DNA of 64,000 nucleotides from Nitrospirota bacterium (GTDB lineage Bacteria; Nitrospirota; UBA9217): NCBI GenBank assembly GCA_963741205.1, contig CAVUHW010000022.1, positions 134,823 to 198,822 of the forward strand, read 5' to 3'. Shown piece by piece: positions 60,003 to 64,000 of this stretch (position 1 is its first letter; each line of letters starts with the position of its first letter). The notes under the pieces were generated by a model. It saw only the letters and a program-made list of their open reading frames with translations, ran no database searches and was not told where the DNA came from. The position numbers and the translations under genes were made by a program.

Positions 60003-61935
60003 TTGAAACGCAAAATCACCTTTTTACCCGACAACGTTACTCTGGACGTCGACGATAAGACCAACCTCTTCAAGGCCGTGAAGGCCGCGGGCTTGTACGT
60101 GCTTTCATCCTGCGGCGGGAAGGGCAACTGCGGAAAGTGCAAGGTGATCGTCAAGGAAGGGACAGTCGAGCCCGGGAAGTCGACATCGTACCTCACCGCC
60201 GAGGAGCGGGAGCGGGGCTACGTCCTCGCCTGCCACTCGAAGGTCGTGAGCGACCTCATGGTGGAAATCCCGCCCGAGTCGCGCATGCAGGCAAAGCACA
60301 AGATCGCCACGGGCGCGAAGGCCGACGAGCTCCTCAAGCTCATGAAGCAGGCCGGCGGGTGCCTCGAGTCCCGCGATCAGCGCGTGTACCTCGAGATGGC
60401 CCCCCCGACCATCGATGACAACATCTCGGATTACGAGCGGCTCCGGCGCGCCCTGGACCAGCAGGGGTTCGACGCCTCGCATCTCCACCTCAACATTCTC
60501 GCGCTCAAAAAGATGTCGCAGGTAGTCCGCGAGGCGAACTGGAAGGTGACGGTCTCGATCTTCAACGTGGGCAGCTTTACCGAGATCCTGGACATCTATC
60601 CCGGCGACGCGCGAAAGACCCGCTACGGCGCGGCCGTGGACATCGGCACCACCACCATCGTCGTGTACCTCGTGGACATGTCGAACGGCCACATCCTCGG
60701 CATGGCATCGTCGTACAACCCGCAGGTAAAGTGCGGCGACGACGTCATCACGCGCATCGTCTACGCCACGGAGAAGAACGGCCTCCAGGAACTCCAGGAC
60801 CTGGCCGTCGGGAGCATCAGCGGCATGCTGGCCGAGCTGGCGAACAAGAACAACGTGTCTCACGGCATGATCGACTACGTGGTGGTGGCGGGCAACACGA
60901 CGATGACCCATCTTTTCTACGGGCTCAACCCCCAGTATATCCGCGAGGAACCCTACATCCCCGTGGCCGCCTTATTCCCGCTCATCCGCGGCAAGAACGT
61001 GGGGTTCAAGATCGACCCGCAGGCGATCATCTACTCCATGCCGAACGTGGCGAGCTACGTGGGCGGAGACATCACCGCGGGCGTGCTCGTGTCCCAGATC
61101 CACAAGCAGGAGGCGGTCTCGCTCTTCATCGACGTGGGCACCAACGGAGAGATCGTGCTCGGGAACAAGGACTGGCTCGTGACCGCCGCGTGCTCGGCGG
61201 GGCCGGCCTTCGAAGGGAGCGGCATCAAGTTCGGCATGCGCGCCATGGAAGGGGCCATCGAGGAGGTCGAGATCGACCCCAGGACCTATGAAGTAAATTA
61301 CCGGGTCATCGGCGATGTGAAACCCATCGGCATCTGCGGCTCGGGCATGATCGACATCCTTGCCGAGATGTACTATGACCGGCGTGATCGACCAGAAGGG
61401 CAAGATCCGGGAGGAGATCGGGTCGAAGCGCATCCGCCGCGGGGAGAGCGGCCTCGAGTACGTGCTCGCGTGGCGCGTGGAATCCGCCGTCAACAAGGAG
61501 ATCGTCATCACCGAAGTGGACCTGGACAACCTGATCCGCGCCAAGGCCGCCATCTACGCCGGATTTTCAACGCTCGTGGCGCACATGGGCATGACCTTCG
61601 GCGACATCGAGCGGCTGTATATCGCGGGCGGGTTCGGAAGGTATATCGACGTCGAGCGCGCCATCACGATCGGCATGCTGCCGGACCTGCCCGTGGACAA
61701 GTTCGTCTTCCTCGGCAACACGTCCATCATGGGCGCCTACTACGGGCTTATGTGCGACCGGCTCCGGCACGAGGCGGAGGAGATCGCGAGGAAGATGACC
61801 TATATCGAACTGTCCGTCTCGCGCAACTTCATGGACGAGTACATGTCGGCGCTCTTCCTGCCGCACACGGATGTGAATGCGTTTCCGACGGTTGCCCGGG
61901 AGTTGGAGAAGAGGAAGAACAAGGAGGTCCGATGA
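60003..61935 (+). CDS. 2Fe-2S plus ASKHA-domain reductive activator of corrinoid proteins, RACo/AcsV-like (frameshifted)
   Basis: CGGKGNCGKC, LAC, AVDIGTTT, YVGGDI, IDVGTNGE, CSAGPAFEG, GICGSG, ALFLPHTD. Confidence 0.92.
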
Positions 61936-62466
61936 CAATGCTACGCCTGGCGATGGTCCTGCTGTTTTCCCTTGTTCTTGTCGCGGCGGCCGGTTCCGGC
62001 CATGACCACGAGGACACCCGGAATTTCGCCGTCTGCGCCCACTGCAACATGGACCGCGAGGCATTCAGCCACAGCAGGATGCTCATCGAGTATACCGACG
62101 ATACGGCGTCGGGCACATGCAGTATACACTGCGCTGCCCTGGATCTGGTCCTGAACAGGACAAAGATGCCGTGCCGGATCAGGGTGGGAGACCACAATTC
62201 GAAGAGGCTCATCGACGCCGCAGGCGGCCTTTTGGGTAATCGGCGGCAGCGAGTCGGGCGTCATGACGGATCAGGCGAAGTGGGCCTTCGAGAAAAAAGC
62301 CGACGCCGACGAATTCATCAAGAAGCACGGGGGTAAGCCCGCCGCGTTCGAGGAGGCCCTGCATGCGGCCTATGACGGATTGTACGAGGACATGAGGATC
62401 ACGCTCGAGCGGGTGAAGGAGCGGAAGGCAAAGGGCTGGGACATGTGCGGGGAGGCCGGCCGCTGA
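61932..62466 (+). CDS. NosL-like exported metal-binding protein (frameshifted)
   Basis: Signal peptide, CAHCNM, TCSIHC, WVIGG..GVMT...WAF, FIKKHGG. Confidence 0.8.
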
Positions 62467-62640
62467 AAGGGGCTTCGCCGGAAGAACAGGCATATGAGTA
62501 TCGGATTGAGCTGGCTGTTTATTTTCAAGGCCGCAAGTACTGCTGCAATCTCTTTCCGAACTTCCTCATAACTCCGACGCGCCAGCATAGGCCCGCGTGT
62601 ACGGGAAGTAACAAAGGCCGGACAGGATTAAATGAAAACG

Positions 62641-62671
62641 AGGGGATGGCGATGCCGTCCCCCTTTTTTTT
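62641..62671 (+). terminator. Intrinsic terminator
   Basis: aggggatggc-gat-gccgtcccct followed by a T run. Confidence 0.75.
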
Positions 62672-62693
62672 GCCAGCGGACGAGACCGATGCT

Positions 62694-63737
62694 TCAACCC
62701 CTTTTCCCCGCCCGGTCCGCGCAGGCAAGAAATGCCTTTGCGTTGCCGAGCGGCGTATCAGGGGGCAGGTCGCAGGACGGCATAAGAATGAATTTCCGGA
62801 AGGGGTCGGAGATACCGGCCACACACGCGAAAACAGCGTCGCATATCCCCGCAGGGTCTTTGCCCAGGATGGTGTTGATCGCGTCCACGTTTCCGGCAAT
62901 GACCAGCCGTTGGTGGTAGAGCTCGTACACCTCGCCAAGCTCCACCCCGGTATCCAGGGATATGCAGTCCGCTCCCGTATCGGGATACAGGCCGAGCTGG
63001 GACTCGATCTTGCCGCACTGGTGGAGGAAGCAGGCGATCCCGTGCTCCTTGACCAGGTCAAAGATCTTTCGTTCACAGGGGAGGATAACCTCACGGTAAA
63101 GATCGAGTGGGACCAGCGTGGCTGCGCCGTCGGAAATGACGACGCCATCTATGAGGCCCTCTTCGATGAGCGGCTTGAAGAGCGCGAAAGAGAGGCGGAC
63201 GCCCAGCTCGCACACCTCCCGGATGAACGCCCTGTCGGTCACGGTCTTATCCTGCAGGAGGCGCCAGTCGCAGAGGATCATGGCCCACGTGAATGGTCCC
63301 CAGGAAGTGACGCACAGAAAGCGGTCGGGAAGACGCTGCCGCAAACGGGCGATCATCTCCACCAGCGCGAGGGAGCGGGGAGAGCCTGCGATGTCCACCT
63401 GCTCGAAATAGCGCGCGTCTTCCGTCTTTTGGATGAGCGGAGCGGCAAGGAGCGGGGCCTGTTCTTCGTTGAAGGCGAGTTCGCCCCCGATGGTCTCGGC
63501 AGGAAAAGTGTTCAGGCCCGAGCCGGGGAATACGATGTCCGTGTCAAGCTCCTTGAAAAAGTCCGCCAGGGTCCCCGCAAAACGGCCCGGGTCTTGATCC
63601 AGGTCCTCGATCCGGAGGCCGGTCTGACGGTATGCCCAGCGCCCGGCGCCGAACAAGGCCCGGGGCAGACGCCCGCTGCGCTCACCCGAAAGCACCCGCC
63701 CGATAGATTCCCGCCGGTCCATAGAAGCCTCAATCAA
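62694..63737 (-). CDS. Uroporphyrinogen decarboxylase/methylcobalamin methyltransferase (MT2) family protein
   Basis: GPFTWA, LHQCG (HxC), IAGNVD, FILMPSCDLP zinc-site pattern. Confidence 0.85.
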   Translation of the reverse strand: MIEASMDRRESIGRVLSGERSGRLPRALFGAGRWAYRQTGLRIEDLDQDPGRFAGTLADFFKELDTDIVFPGSGLNTFPAETIGGELAFNEEQAPLLAAPLIQKTEDARYFEQVDIAGSPRSLALVEMIARLRQRLPDRFLCVTSWGPFTWAMILCDWRLLQDKTVTDRAFIREVCELGVRLSFALFKPLIEEGLIDGVVISDGAATLVPLDLYREVILPCERKIFDLVKEHGIACFLHQCGKIESQLGLYPDTGADCISLDTGVELGEVYELYHQRLVIAGNVDAINTILGKDPAGICDAVFACVAGISDPFRKFILMPSCDLPPDTPLGNAKAFLACADRAGKRG

Positions 63738-64000
63738 CGGTAAACGTTTTGGTATATGGTCCGAATCGCCTTCCTGTTCATGAAGAGTGCGCCTGCAGAT
63801 GTGACCGACTGGCCGGTCATAGAGAAGTTAGACAACCCTGGCAGCGTAATTTCATCCTGTTTGTCGAATATGGCGCCTGTGATGGAAATGCTCTTGTAAG
63901 GTATGCAGGAAAAGCCGCGAATGCTGCCCCTATGCCGCTCCCAGGTCATGATGGCTGGGACAGAGAAGGAAGAACATTCGTTTCACGTTTCTTTCCCGGT
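63734..64000 (-). CDS. 3' end of hypothetical protein, runs off window
   Basis: ORF whose stop overlaps the start of the UroD-family gene; no family recognised. Confidence 0.4.

Noticed and set aside
59550-62336. 928-aa ORF, and similar long fused ORFs 34920..36626 and 44822..46879
   Set aside because: These are read-throughs joining separate genes or off-frame sequence after indels.

Overview
GC-rich bacterial chromosome segment, most plausibly an anaerobic Nitrospirota or Desulfobacterota-like organism (inferred from gene content). Single-base indels break many genes, including essential ones, so this looks like an uncorrected long-read assembly and many CDS boundaries were stitched across frames. 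In order: (1) 581-8609, minus strand, a sigma54-preceded four-gene envelope operon with two tandem lipoproteins resembling anthrax protective antigen (PA)/binary toxin B pore-formers, a secreted di-heme peroxidase-Ig-dockerin protein and a lipoprotein with a cohesin-like C-terminus. This is the best candidate for an undescribed system. (2) tpx, csp, pepF, and a tRNA-Val/tRNA-Asp locus where a GIY-YIG gene sits among palindrome-remodelled pseudo-tRNA copies. (3) Acetate/acyl-CoA genes with an inserted GxxExxY cassette, then a class IV aminotransferase, deoC and an outer-membrane protein. (4) A mercury-methylation cluster (hgcC-hgcA-hgcB) followed by a flavodoxin-fold reductase, a Cys-tailed ECF sigma factor and thiol-redox genes that share a duplicated promoter. 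(5) The dcw cluster mraZ to ftsZ, with palindromic repeats in many gaps. (6) trmJ-like, MBL hydrolase, ABC1 kinase, nupC, a second csp, HD-GYP, polyamine genes, NlpC/P60, a corrinoid activator, NosL-like and a UroD/MT2-family gene. All family assignments come from motif recognition, not database searches.
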